Positions 38,078-49,966 of a stretch of 64,000 nucleotides of DNA are shown piece after piece. Made by a program: the position numbers and the translations under genes. The notes under the pieces are model-generated. The model worked only from the letters and a program-made list of their open reading frames with translations, did not search any database and was not told the DNA's origin. Position 1 is the first letter of the stretch. Every line of letters begins with the position of its first letter. Origin of the DNA: Octopus vulgaris. Its lineage: Eukaryota. Location: assembly GCA_951406725.2 (NCBI GenBank), contig OX597836.1, positions 33,418,001 to 33,482,000 on the forward strand, written 5' to 3'.

Positions 38078-38170
38078 CGTTTATTGGCCACAAGGGCTAA
38101 CAAAAATCAATTAAAACATAAAGGGACAAAACACAGGACGAGAGTTACAAAGGGTTTTGTCCGTTTGCAA
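38078..38170 (-). mobile_element. 3' end of a LINE-like element whose tail resembles the SINE B tail; second copy at 63875-63963
   Basis: TTTATTGGCCACAAGGGCTAACAAAAATCAATTAAAACATAAAGGGACAAAACACAGGACG is nearly identical in both places. Compare SINE B CCACAAGGGGCTAAAC...GGGACAAACAAGGAC. Confidence 0.55.
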
Positions 38171-38840
38171 AAAATGGTCCGCGTACAAAAGCAGGATGGC
38201 GAGGTGGCCAAGGCTAAAAACGGCTTTGGCCATAGCTATAATTTGCTGGATTGAAAGAGGACTTAGGAGCTAAACGATAGCGACATGTTACAGGTTTAAT
38301 ATGAAAGAAGAAGCCCTGGCAAGATGAACAGTGACCCAAGTGACCCTTCCGATCACTGTTATACACATAGGCACACAAGAAGCCGTTTATTACAATCACA
38401 GACATCGTTAAATTCTGGCTATTGGTATCAAAATTGGTAGGCCCTCCCCCACAAACTACTTTAAATTAATTCCAGTTATCCGCTCGGTAAAAATCAAAGC
38501 TCGGGTATTGTTAAATTCTCTGTTTAATGTTATCAGTCGCAAAAAGCTTCGTCTTGAAATGGGGGGGGGGCGAGTCAACGAGAGTTTCTATGCAATCGCT
38601 CGACTTGTTAGAAACAATAATGAAAAAAAAAATTTGTTACGAGGCCGTCCCTCTGAATTACAAATACTACTCATTTTTGTCAACTGAGTTAATTGGACAA
38701 AGATGAAATAAAGTGTCTTGCTCAAGGACACAATGCGCCGTCGGGAATCGAACTCACGACCTTTACGATCGAGAGCCGAGTACACTAAACCACTAAGCCA
38801 CGCGCCTTCGCATCACAAACCTAGCTAACATGAAACGGTC

Positions 38841-39352
38841 AGGCGTGGCCGTGTGGTAGAAGTTTGATTCCCAACCGCATGCTTCCTGGTTCGGTCCCAT
38901 TACGTGGCACCTTGGGCGAGTGTATTCTACTACATACAAGGCCGAAAAAAAAGCCTTTGTAAAGTGGGTGATGTGGGAGACGCAAACTGAGCGAAGCCTG
39001 TCGTGTATGCGTGCATATGCATATATACATGTTTATGTATGTGTCTCGGTGTTTGTTCCCCCACCGGGCTGGACAATAGGTGATGGTTTGTTTACGTCTC
39101 CGTGAGTGAACAAGGCCGAAAAAAGCCTTTGTAAGTGGGTGATGTGAGAGACGAAAACTGAGCGAAGCCTGTCGTGTATGCGTGCACATGCATATATACA
39201 TGTTTATGTATGTGTGTCGGTGTTTGTTCCCCCACCAGGCTGGACAACGGGTGTTGGTTTGTTTACGTCCCCGTGAGTGAACGGTTCGGCGGCGAAAAGA
39301 GGACAATAGAACAAGTACGAGGCTTTAAAAAAGAAACAATACTGGGGTCGAT
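38841..39352 (+). mobile_element. Diverged SINE family A with an internal ~175-bp tandem duplication
   Basis: ACAAGGCCGAAAAAAGCCTTTGTAA...GTTTACGTC.CCGTGAGTGAAC is repeated (38935-39111, 39110-39282). Confidence 0.75.
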
Positions 39353-39602
39353 TTAACCAAAGCCCCACCCTTCAAAATTACTGGTCTTGTGCCTAAATTA
39401 GAATCTGTTATTAAAACGGACGAGTGTGACTTGAAACGGAACTAAGCTGCCATCTTTTATCTGTTTCAGTCATTGGACTACGGCCATACTGGAGTATTTA
39501 GTTGAACAAAGCAGTCAATAAAGGATTTGAAAATACAGTCTTTTAGCAATTATTTACGTACAATATATATATATACACACGTGTATGCACACACAAAAGG
39601 TT

Positions 39603-39970
39603 ACGGGTTCAGTCCCACTGCGTGGCACCTTGGGCAAGTGTCTTCTACTATAGCCTCGGACTGACCAAAGCCTTGTGAGTGAATTTGGCAGCCGGAAACT
39701 GAAAGAAGCCTGTCATATATATGTATGTATGTATATTTGTATGTGTCTTTGTGTCTGTGTTTGTCCCCCTTCCTCATCATCACCTGAAAACCGATGTTTG
39801 TGTGCTTACGCCACCGTAACTTACCGTTTCGGCAGAAGGAGACCGATAGAATAAGTACTAGGCTTACAAAGAAATAAGTCCTGGAGGTCGACTGCTTCGA
39901 CCAAAAACTCTTTAAGGCGGTGCTCCAGCATGGCCGCAGTCAAAATGACCGAAACACGTAAAAGAAAAGA
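39603..39970 (+). mobile_element. SINE family A, 5'-truncated
   Basis: Family consensus from the B box to the tail. Confidence 0.85.
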
Positions 39971-40069
39971 AAAAGAACCAATATTATGAAACGATGCTCA
40001 TGATTGCACATTCAAAAGAGTCGTAGAAATTAAAAAGTAATAAACGAAAACAGTCGTAAATGATCGCTT

Positions 40070-40260
40070 GGTACTTCTAGAGTTAAAAGCCACAACTTTT
40101 CAGTCTTGCTACCAAAGACTTCAGAGATCTACGAGGTTTTAAAATGCAGACCTTGTCAAAGACCAATCAGGCAAACTTTTATCTGATATCTCAAGTGAAC
40201 CCACATCACGGGACGAAACGCAAATGGAAGGGCAGCTCTGTCCGACTCGATTTTTCACCC
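40070..40260 (+). mobile_element. Degenerate CR1-group LINE 3' relic
   Basis: CCACAACTTTTCAGT...GAACCCACATCACGGGACGAAACGCAAATG (EPTSRDETQM) aligns with EPTSRQETQM at 25950-25982. Confidence 0.55.
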
Positions 40261-40327
40261 TGACCGATTCCGAAAACAGGACGGAGAAGTGAGTGGGTTA
40301 AGACAAACAATCATTAATGCTAATGGC

Positions 40328-40535
40328 GTGGAGGTACATGGCCTAGTGGTTAGAGCAGAGGACTCGAGGTCGAGGGATCGCGAGTTCGAATCTCAGACCG
40401 GGCGATGTGTGTGTTTATGAGCGAAACACCTAAGCTCCACGCTGCTCCGGCAGAAGGTAATGGCAAACTTCTGCTGACTCTTTCGCCACAACTTTCTCAC
40501 ACTCTTTCCCCCTGCATCTTGCAGCTCACCTGCCA
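40328..40535 (+). mobile_element. SINE family C, 5' part
   Basis: TGGCCTAGTGGTTAGAGC A box, GAGTTCGAATCTC B box, and GAGCGAAACACCTAAGCTCCACG body. Confidence 0.8.
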
Positions 40536-41127
40536 CGGGCCGAAGGAACAAACAATGCTAGTGGCGATGCCCCAGCATGGTCACACACTCTGGCAGAAAC
40601 TAATAACAGAACAACAAAATACTTGAGAGAGAGGGAAGGCAAAGCTGACCGCGGTAGGAATTGTTGAAACCCAGACGGTAAAGGGCGGGAAGAAATACCA
40701 GAGGGCATTGTATTTTGTCCAATACGCCTAACGGTTTCACTCGACAGACACAAAGACGTGCAAAATTATTCTTAGAAGGAACGAGGCCAACCGATTCTAT
40801 TCTGTCTTGGAGGTTCAGGACTAACGGAAATATGCAGATGTAATTGACATTCCTGTCTTTCACAGTATAAACACTTTGCGACTAGAAACTACAAGGCCTG
40901 AAATTTTGATCAACCCCAGTACGCAGCTGGTACTTAATTTAGCGAGCTCGAAAGTATGAAAGGCAAAGTCAACCTCGGAACATAAAGTAAAGACAGCCGA
41001 AATGCAGGTACGCAATGTTTTTGCCCGGAGCGCTAACGATTCTGCCAGCTTGCCGCCTTAACAACAACAACAACAACGATAATAAAAGCTGAAGAGGAGG
41101 GGGTGTGGACAAATATAAGAGCAAATA

Positions 41128-41295
41128 AGGAGTAAAATGGAAGTATGGTAAGAAGTTTGCTTTCCAATCTCATGTTTCCGAGTTCAGTCCCACTGCATGG
41201 CACCTTGGGCAAGTGTCTTTTACTACATAGTCCCAAGGCCGACCAAAGCCTTGCGAGTGGATTTGGTAAACGGAAAATGAAAGAAGCCCATCGCA

Positions 41296-41347
<52 letters not shown>

Positions 41348-41625
41348 AGTATTATCTATGTACGCGTGGGTATGGGTGCGTGTCTGAGTCTTTCCGGTTG
41401 TTCCTCTAACCGCTTTGACAACCGATGCTGATTTGTTTACGTCTCCGCAATTTAGCAGTTCGGCAAAAACAAAAAAAACAAAAAAAAAAAAACAAACGAC
41501 CAACAGAACAGGTACCTGACTTTAAAGAATAAAAAAAGCACTAGGGTGGGGTTGGAGGTGATGTGTTCGACTACATCAAGAGCGGTGACTTCAGAATGGC
41601 TGAAGTCCAGGTAAAACAGGTAAAA
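41128..41625 (+). mobile_element. SINE family A, diverged
   Basis: GGCACCTTGGGCAAGTGTCTT core and TTGACAACCGATGCTG segment. Confidence 0.75.
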
Positions 41626-42085
41626 AAAACTATAATAATAATAATAATAATGAAAAGAGGGGTAAATTTTTACAAGCCAAGAAGAGGGTCCCGAAAGCAA
41701 TAGGTAGAAATCAAGCCTCACCTAGGGCGTAATTACTAACACCGGTGAGCCGAAGAAGAGGCCTCTACGATGGAGTTAGAAATTACAAGAAATAACAGCC
41801 AAATCTTTCTCAAATCACGATGTTTTAAAGCGAAGGCATTTCAATGCAGTCCACTCGCCCTGCTAGAAATAGCAATCAGATCTCACTCAAATTATGCCCC
41901 TCGCGTACTAGAAAATGGGGAAGAAATACTGGATAATATAGTGCTATCGACTAGATGGTCATGGCTGTAACGGCTACGATCAGAGATCGCTTTACACCTG
42001 TAGTAAAACAAGTGGACAATATATATATATATATGTTTAAAGTAGTATGTATACACACATTTGTACAAAAAAACACACTTGTTTT

Positions 42086-42142
<57 letters not shown>

Positions 42143-42151
42143 CATACATAC

Positions 42152-42798
42152 AGGCGTGGTTGTGTGACAAGAAGCTTGCTTCCCCGACTTCATGGTTCCA
42201 GGTTCAGTTCCACTGCGTGGCACCTTCGGCAACTATCTTCTACTATAGCCGCGAAAAAAAACCCGTCGTAGCTTAGCGGCTCGGCAAAAAGAGACCGAAA
42301 GAATAAGTTCCAGGTTTTAAAAAAAAGAAGTACTGGAGTTGGTTAATTCGGCTAAAACGTCAAGGCGATGCCCCCAACGTGGCCGCAGTCCAATGAAAAA
42401 GAGTAAAAGTATATAAGTATATATGTGTGGTAAGTAGCTTGCTAACCAACCACATGGTTCCGGGTTCAGTCTCTTCTGCTATAGCCCCGGGCCGACCAAT
42501 GCCTTGTGAGTGGATTTGGTAGACGGAAACTGAAAGAAGCCTGTCGTATATGTGTGTATATATATATATATGTGTGTGTGTTTGTGTGTCTGTGTTCGTC
42601 CCCTAGCATTGCTTGACGGCTGATGCTGGTGTGTTTACGTCCCCGTCACTTAGCGGTTCGGCAAAAGAGACCGATAGAATAAGTACTGGGCTTACAAAAA
42701 GAATAAGTCCCGGGGTCGATTTGCTCGACTAAAGGCCGTGCTCCAGCATGGCCGCAGTCAAATGACTGAAACAAGTAAAAGAGTAAAGAGTAAAGAGT
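42152..42798 (+). mobile_element. Two tandem SINE family A copies
   Basis: An old deleted copy at 42152-42410 and a younger copy at 42424-42798. Confidence 0.85.
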
Positions 42799-42801
42799 AT
42801 A

Positions 42802-43020
42802 CTAGGTGTCCATAAATTATCTTTACAATTTGTAAAATTCAGGAAAAAAAAAATTGAAAAAATAGGTGTATAACTCATCAGAGTTTATTGGAAAACATAG
42901 GTAAAACAAATTAAAACTTTAATAATATTTATATAACATGGAAAGGAGTTGATTGATGAATCGCAACTTAAATGGATAAAATAAATTGTAGAATTTGTAA
43001 AGATGATTTATGAACACCGC
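42802..43020. mobile_element. Tc1/mariner-type MITE
   Basis: GGTGTCCATAAATTATCTTTACAA (42805) and TTGTAAAGATGATTTATGAACACC (to 43018) are inverted copies. Confidence 0.7.
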
Positions 43021-43187
43021 GCGCGCTTGTGTATGTATGTATGTATGTATGTATGTGTAAAATCTCTTTTGTCAAATAGGGTCTGTATTTTTTGTATTTT
43101 TTTTCTTTCGTCTGCTACATAAACCTGTAAATTGTATTCGAAATTAACTGATCTTTGCTTCGGTTACATTGAAAAGGCAATTAAATG

Positions 43188-43370
43188 AGGAGTGGCTGTG
43201 TGGTAAGTAGCTTTCTTACTAACCAGATGGTTCCGGGTTCAGTCCCACTGCGTGGCACCTTGGGCAAGTGTCTGTCTCCTGCTATAAGCCTCGGGCCGAT
43301 CAAACCCTTGTGAGTGGATTCGGTAGAGAGAAACTGAAAGAAGCCTGTCGTATGTATGTATGTATGTATG

Positions 43371-43403
<33 letters not shown>

Positions 43404-43617
43404 ATGTATGTGTGTGTGTATATGTTTGTACCCCCAACCATCGCTTGACAACCGATACTGGTGTGTTTACGTCTCCGTAACTTAGCGGTTCAACAAAAGA
43501 GACCGATAGAATAAGTACTAGACTTACAAAGAAGAAGTCACGGGGTCGATTTGCTCGACTAAAGGCGGTGCTCCAGCATGGCCGCAGTCAAGTGACTGAA
43601 ACAAGTAAAAGAGTAAA
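43188..43617 (+). mobile_element. SINE family A, full length
   Basis: Family consensus. Confidence 0.9.
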
Positions 43618-43962
43618 ACACCTTTCAGATAGAGTGGACTACGACTGTACTTGAATCCATCATATATATATATATATATATCTCTGCAAAATCGAACTTG
43701 AAATTTTCTCAAAAAATTGTGAGTATGTATGTATGTATGTATGTATGTATGTATACGAGCCCACCATGTTCCTTTCCTTCTTTTCTTTTTTCCAGATTAA
43801 TTTCCGATATAATCAGAATTCACACTATCCAGATGGGTAGTTTTTAGAAAATTTTCAGAAAAAAAAAAACATTTTCTTTTCTTAAAAGCTGAGGAAACAA
43901 AGTCAACTCGTTTGAAATTAGCATCCGAAAATCATCTCTCTCCCTCTCGGAAAAATATTTTT

Positions 43963-44109
43963 GGATCTTACAAACTACAGAATTTTCGCAAGAAAGCCAA
44001 GAGAAAAAGATGTTTTATGAAAACACATTCTACCAGTATACGAAGTTTAAAATTTTTTAGTTACAAAGAAATTATTTAAAAAAAACTGCCGGTCAAAGCG
44101 AAAAGATCC
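43963..44109. mobile_element. 147-bp mini-element of the GGATCTT family with a perfect 8-bp TSD
   Basis: GGATCTT...AAGATCC flanked by ATATTTTT (43955-43962 and 44110-44117). The body is the inverted first ~145 bp of 7616-8041. Confidence 0.85.
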
Positions 44110-44413
44110 ATATTTTTCACAACAAATACCGATATCATCTGAATCTACTCTACACCAAAATTTTATTTAAAAAAAAACCAAGAAAACACAGGTTCTTCTG
44201 GAAGTTATAAGGAAACAAAAGACGGGTAGAGAGGTACGCTTGTGTCGGGGTGTTAGCTGCTTTACACCTTCCTCGTAATTTCAGCTCGTTCTGTTTCCAC
44301 TTAATTTTATCGGAAATTTAAAAGAAAAAACAAAAAGCAAATTCCCCAATTTTTAATGGCTCAGAGTATGAGTGTAGAGAGATAATTTAGGTGCCCGGTA
44401 TATACACACTTAT

Positions 44414-44580
44414 CGCTACGTTCCGAGTTCAAATTCCGCCGAGGTCGACTTTGCCCTTCATCCTTTCGGAGTCGATTAAATAAGTACCAGTTACGCACTG
44501 GGGATCGATGTAATCGACTTAATCCGTTTGTCTGTCCTTGTTTGACCTGTGTTTAGCCCCTTGAGGGTAGTAAAGAAATA
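44414..44580 (+). mobile_element. 5'-truncated SINE family B with a perfect 17-bp TSD
   Basis: GGTATATACACACTTAT at 44397-44413 and 44581-44597. Confidence 0.9.
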
Positions 44581-44930
44581 GGTATATACACACTTATAAT
44601 ATATAATATATAGGCACACAAATTCACACAACGAACGTGTGTGCATGTATTTCTCTCTCTCTCTCTCTACACACACACATATATATATACATACATACAC
44701 ACTAGTGTGTGTGTGAAAAGGAGAAAGTAAGAGCTAGAGATAAACATGAACACACATACATGTCTACAAACACACACACACATATACATATACATGAAAG
44801 TTTGTGTATGAGTACGTGTATGTGTATATATATATATTTATTTATATATACCACGTATATACATGTTCGAGTGTGTATTACAAATATCAAATACATACGT
44901 ACATATACACGTTACATGTGTGTGTGTGTG

Positions 44931-45029
44931 TCTATCTATCTATCTATCTATCTATCTAGATAGATAGATAGATAAACAGATAGATAGATAGATAAATAGG
45001 CAGATAGAGGAATAGATAGATAGATAAAC

Positions 45030-45075
<46 letters not shown>

Positions 45076-45150
45076 ACAGATAGATAGATAAATAGGCAGA
45101 TAGAGGAATAGATAGATAGATAGATAAACAGAGAGATAGATAGATAGATA
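44931..45150. repeat. (TCTA)n switching to (TAGA)n microsatellite
   Basis: Direct reading; the orientation switches at TCTAGA 44955-44960. Confidence 0.9.
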
Positions 45151-45250
45151 TACACACATATATACATCTTAAGCGAGTAATAGTTTTAAATTTAAAAAAT
45201 CAAAACATTTTAAAATTCATAACGAACTATTTCTAATCACAAATGTTTTG

Positions 45251-45338
<88 letters not shown>

Positions 45339-45549
45339 CATTATTTCGATTTATAACAAAATATTAAAAGAAACTATTTCATGCCGACATTCTTTTATTG
45401 AAATTTTAAAAAGAATTTTTCTTTTTCAGAGCAGTTAATCATCTCCATGTTTTTAAATGTGGAATTAAATAAATTCAAGTGTTAAAAAAAAAATTAAATC
45501 AAGATTTTTTTGTTTGTGGTACCACATTTTATTATTATTATTTTTTTCT

Positions 45550-45948
45550 GAGTGGCTGTGTGGTAAGTAGCTTGTTTACCAACCACATGGTTCCGGGTTC
45601 AGTCCCACTGCGTGGCACCTTGGGCAAGTGTCTTCTACTATAGCCTCGGGCCGACCAAAGCCTTGTGAGTGGATTTGGTAGACGGAAACTGAAAAGAAGC
45701 CCGTCGTATATATGTATATATATATATATGCGTGTGTGTGTTTGTGTGTCTGTGTTTGTCCCCCTAGCATTGCTTGACAACCGATGCTGGTGTGTTTATG
45801 TCACCGTCACTTAGCGTTACTTCGGCAAAAGAGACCGATAGAATAAGTACTGGGCTTACAAAAAGAATAAGACCCGGGGTCGAGTTGCTCGATTAAAGGC
45901 GGTGCTCCAGCATGGCCGCAGTCAAATGACTGAAACAAGTAAAAGAGT
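45550..45948 (+). mobile_element. SINE family A
   Basis: Family consensus; another 3' half lies at 46300-46461. Confidence 0.9.
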
Positions 45949-46757
45949 ATAGCAATTAATCCTCCTTCGGAGAATAACTCAGTAAAACGAGGAAATCTTC
46001 GAGAAATGCCCGGTCGTTGACCAAATAATGCCAATACATTACTTCTTTCATGATGTTATTGCAGTTTTGTGAGATTTGGCTGTTATTTCTAACATGCGGA
46101 TAGCCTACTTGAAGAAGGCCAAGGCTGTAGAATTGGGAGGGAGTTGGGAGAATATTTTGTTTTTTGAAAAATTGAAATTTTACAAGCAATTTTTTTTTTT
46201 AGAATCGGATTCTCCATAGCCGAAAATGTGGGATTTCGTAAACAAAAAAACAAAAACAAAAAAAAAATCAATATATATATATATATATGCGTGTGTGTGT
46301 GTGTGTTTATGTCCCCCATAACTTAGCGGTTCGGCAAAAGAGACCGATAGAATAAGTACTGGGCTTACAAAAAGAATAAGTCCCGGGGTCGAGTTGCTCG
46401 ATTAAAGGCGGTGCTCCAGCATGGCCGCAGTCATAATGACTGAAACAAGTAAAAGAGTAAAGGGTATATATGTCCATTTTCCTGAAAGTTATATGGGAAA
46501 AATCGGATCTTGTGATTTTTCCGAAAGTTTTCTCACCCACCCACAGTTCGTTTGCGTAAATTTTTTTTTCATATTCGTTTTCTCTACAGTTGTTAACACC
46601 CAGCAGGCTTTTTTTCGTTAACGGGTGAGGATCCTTATATTCACCAATGCATACGTATACATATATATATACATACATACATATACATATATATATATAT
46701 ATATACATACATATATACATACACACACACACACATACATACATATATACTACACAC

Positions 46758-46940
46758 ATTTCGTCTGCCGTTACGTTCTGAGTTCAAATTCCGCCACGGT
46801 GGACTTTGCCTTTTATCCTTTTCAGAGTCGATTAAATAAGTACCAGTTACGCACTGGGGTCAGAGTAAGCGACTTAATCCCCTTGTCTGTCCTTGTTTGT
46901 CCCCTCTACGTTTAGCCCCCAGTGGGCAATAAGGAAATAA
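46758..46940 (+). mobile_element. 5'-truncated SINE family B
   Basis: Starts at ATTTCGTCTGCCGTTACG and ends GGGCAATAAGGAAAT. Confidence 0.85.
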
Positions 46941-46997
46941 ATATATATATATACACACACACATTATATAAATACTGTACAATTTACATATATCTCT

Positions 46998-47399
46998 CTC
47001 TTTACTCTTTTACTTGTTTCAGTCATTTGACTGCGGCCATGCTGGAGCACCGCCTTTAGTCGAGCAAATCGACCCCAGGACTTATTCTTTGTAAGCCCAG
47101 TACTTATTCTATCGGTCTCTTTTGCCGAACCGCTAAGTAACGGGGACGTAAACACACCAGCATCGGTTGTCAAGCAATGCTAGGGGGACAAACACAGACA
47201 CACAAACATATACACACATATACATATACATATATACGACGGGCTTCTTTCAGTTTCCGTCTACCAAATCCACTCACAAGGCTTTGGTCGGCCCGAGGCT
47301 ATAGCAGAAGACACTTGCCCAAGGTGCCACACAGTGGGACTGAACCCTGAACCATGTGGTTGGTAAGCAAGCTACTTACCACACAGCCACACCTGCGCC
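46998..47399 (-). mobile_element. SINE family A, full length
   Basis: Near-consensus reverse complement. Confidence 0.92.
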
Positions 47400-48234
47400 T
47401 ATATGATGTACATGAAATACATAGTGGTAGATATGGGTGTATGTGGTGAAGTGCTTTGAGGCCAACCATGTGTTTTTTTTGGTTTAATCATAGGGCATGG
47501 TACCTTGGGCAAAAGCCATCAGTTACTGCAGCAGGCCTCGTGTGTGCAGGCATGTTTGGGCCATCACGGAATAGTTTGTAAACGAGTATTATTGTGTATA
47601 ACAAGCAGGATCCATTGCTTTACAACTGTCTTTCAGAAAGGGCTGGAAAATAAAGAATTATTTCTTTGCAATGGGAACAGGTGAGGGTTGGTGAGATTAA
47701 ACGGCAACAAGCAATAGAGAGACTTGCTCAACAAATTTTATTTCACCCATGCTGTATAGAACATCAACCATTAAAACAATGATAATGATAACACTGATGA
47801 TGTATAATAATGTATAATATATATGTGTATATTATTGCATATGTGTGTGTATAATTGTCTGTGTGTATATATGTTGTGTGTGCATATATTTGTCTTTGAG
47901 TATATAATTGTGTGTGTGAGGCACTCAATCCACCTTATATATTTCTTTATTGCCCACAAGGGGCTAAACGTAGAGGGGACAAACAAGGACAGACAAAGGG
48001 ATTAAGTCGATTATATCGACCCAGTGCGAAACTGGTACTTTATTTATTGACCCCAAGGGGATGAAAGGCAAAGTCGACCCCGTCAATCCACATTATAAAG
48101 TGGCTGGCATATGGAAGGGCATCCAGCGGTAAGAAAACAACCACGATGTAGGATAGGTGTGAGAGGCTGGATCTGGCCAGTTGGAAATTAAAATAAGTAG
48201 AATATTTTGGACAGATATGGCCAGACATCATATG

Positions 48235-48752
48235 GTACCGTGGGCAAGTGTCTACTGCTGTAGCCTTGGACTGAGCAATGCTTTGTGAGTGGATTTGGTA
48301 GGCGGAAACTGAAAGAAGCCCATTGTATATACATGGGTGTGTCTTTGTGTCTGTGTCCCCCACCACCACCACCACCACCACCACTGCTTGACAACCAGAG
48401 TTGGTGTAATTTACATTTCTGTAACCTAGCAGTTTGGCAAAAGAGATCAATAGAATAAGTACCAAGTTTGAAAAAAAAACGCAATAAGTACAGGAGTTGA
48501 TTCATTCAACCAAAAGTTCTTCAAGGCAATGCCCCAGCATGGCCGCAGTCTAGTGACTGAAACAAGTAAAAAGATAAACATATATATATATAGGCGCAGG
48601 AATGGCTGTGTGGTAAGTAGCTTGCTTACCAACCACCTGGTTCAGGTTCAGTCCCACTGTGTTGGCACCTTGAGCAAGAGTCTCCTACTGTAGCCTTGGG
48701 CTGACCAAAGCTTTGTGAGTGGATTTGGTAGATGGAAACTGAAAGAAGCCCG

Positions 48753-48794
<42 letters not shown>

Positions 48795-48995
48795 GTTTGT
48801 GTGTCTGTGTTTGTTGCCCCGCCATCGCTTGACAACCGATGTTGGTATGTTTACATCCTCGTAATTTAGTGGTCCAGTAAAAGATACCAACAGTACTAGG
48901 CTTACAAAGAATAAGTCCTGGGGTAGATTTGCTTGACTAAAGGCAGTGCTCCAGTATGGCCACAGTTACATGACTGAAACAAGTAAAAGAATAAA
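48235..48995 (+). mobile_element. Two tandem SINE family A copies
   Basis: 48235-48575 (5'-truncated) and 48593-48995. Confidence 0.85.
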
Positions 48996-49198
48996 ATAAT
49001 ATATATTATCATCATCATCATCATCGTTTAACGTCTGTTTTCCATGCTAGCATAGGTTGGACAGTTCGAGCGGGGTCTGGGAAGCCAGGAGGCTGCACCA
49101 GGCTCTAGTCTGATCTGGCAGTGTTTCTACAGCTGGATGCCCTTCCTAATGCCAACTAATCCGTGAGTGTAGTGGGTGCTACATATATATATATATAT

Positions 49199-49325
49199 CT
49201 TTATTAAAAGGCAGCAAAAATCTCACAGAAGCTGTTACTCAGAATTGCACATTCCTGTTTGTCGGACAGTTTTGTTAAGAATGAGTAACAGTTTTTGTGA
49301 TATTTTTTGCTGTCTTTTAATAAAG
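49199..49325. repeat. ~43-bp inverted repeat with a 40-bp loop (Penelope-like inverted terminus or MITE)
   Basis: CTTTATTAAAAGGCAGCAAAAATCTCACAGAAGCTGTTACTCA versus TGAGTAACAGTTTTTGTGATATTTTTTGCTGTCTTTTAATAAAG. Confidence 0.75.
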
Positions 49326-49799
49326 CATATTACTCAACCTCTGGTATTCAAGTGCTGTTTTTTCCACCTTGTTTTGCATTTATGTGCTTACTCTGATATT
49401 ATATATATACATATCAAAAGAAACCATGGGATCAAGGGGGATATCAATGCAGCACTCAGTTTTAAACTAATTTGGTTAATTAGATCCAACAATCAGACAC
49501 CAATAAATGCAAGGAGAATACACATCCAAGGTAATTCCTCATGTATGATAAGTAGATCCAAATTTCATTTAAAAGAATTTGAGGAATTCAGGGTATTAGA
49601 CAAGAAAAATACATAGAGAGAAAATCACATCTTTAATTGATAATGTGAGTACCATAGGTTTGTGCCCCATACTGGCCACATCCTTATGAGGCAGCGAGGT
49701 GGCAGAATTATTAGAATGCTTGACGAAATGCTTAGCGGCATTTAGTCTGTCTTTAATATTCCGATTTAAAATTCCATCAGGGTTGACTTGGACTTTCCA

Positions 49800-49966
49800 T
49801 ACAAAGCCAACAATTATTTCTGTTGTATAAACATAATTTAACTTGGATTGAACTAATTTTGGATTGCCTTGGAAACACTGTGCTAACTTATTTTCGGAAA
49901 TATTAATTTCAATATTTTTCTATATCTAAATAGATTGATATAAGAGAAACAATTGTTGGCTTTGTA
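49800..49966. mobile_element. Small element with 22-bp TIRs truncating a SINE B
   Basis: TACAAAGCCAACAATTATTTCT ... AGAAACAATTGTTGGCTTTGTA (21/22 match), with TA at both ends. Confidence 0.7.

Noticed and set aside
40279-40300. GGACGGAGAA resemblance to the miR-184 5' end
   Set aside because: Only 10 nt match, there is no precursor hairpin, and it lies beside a LINE relic.
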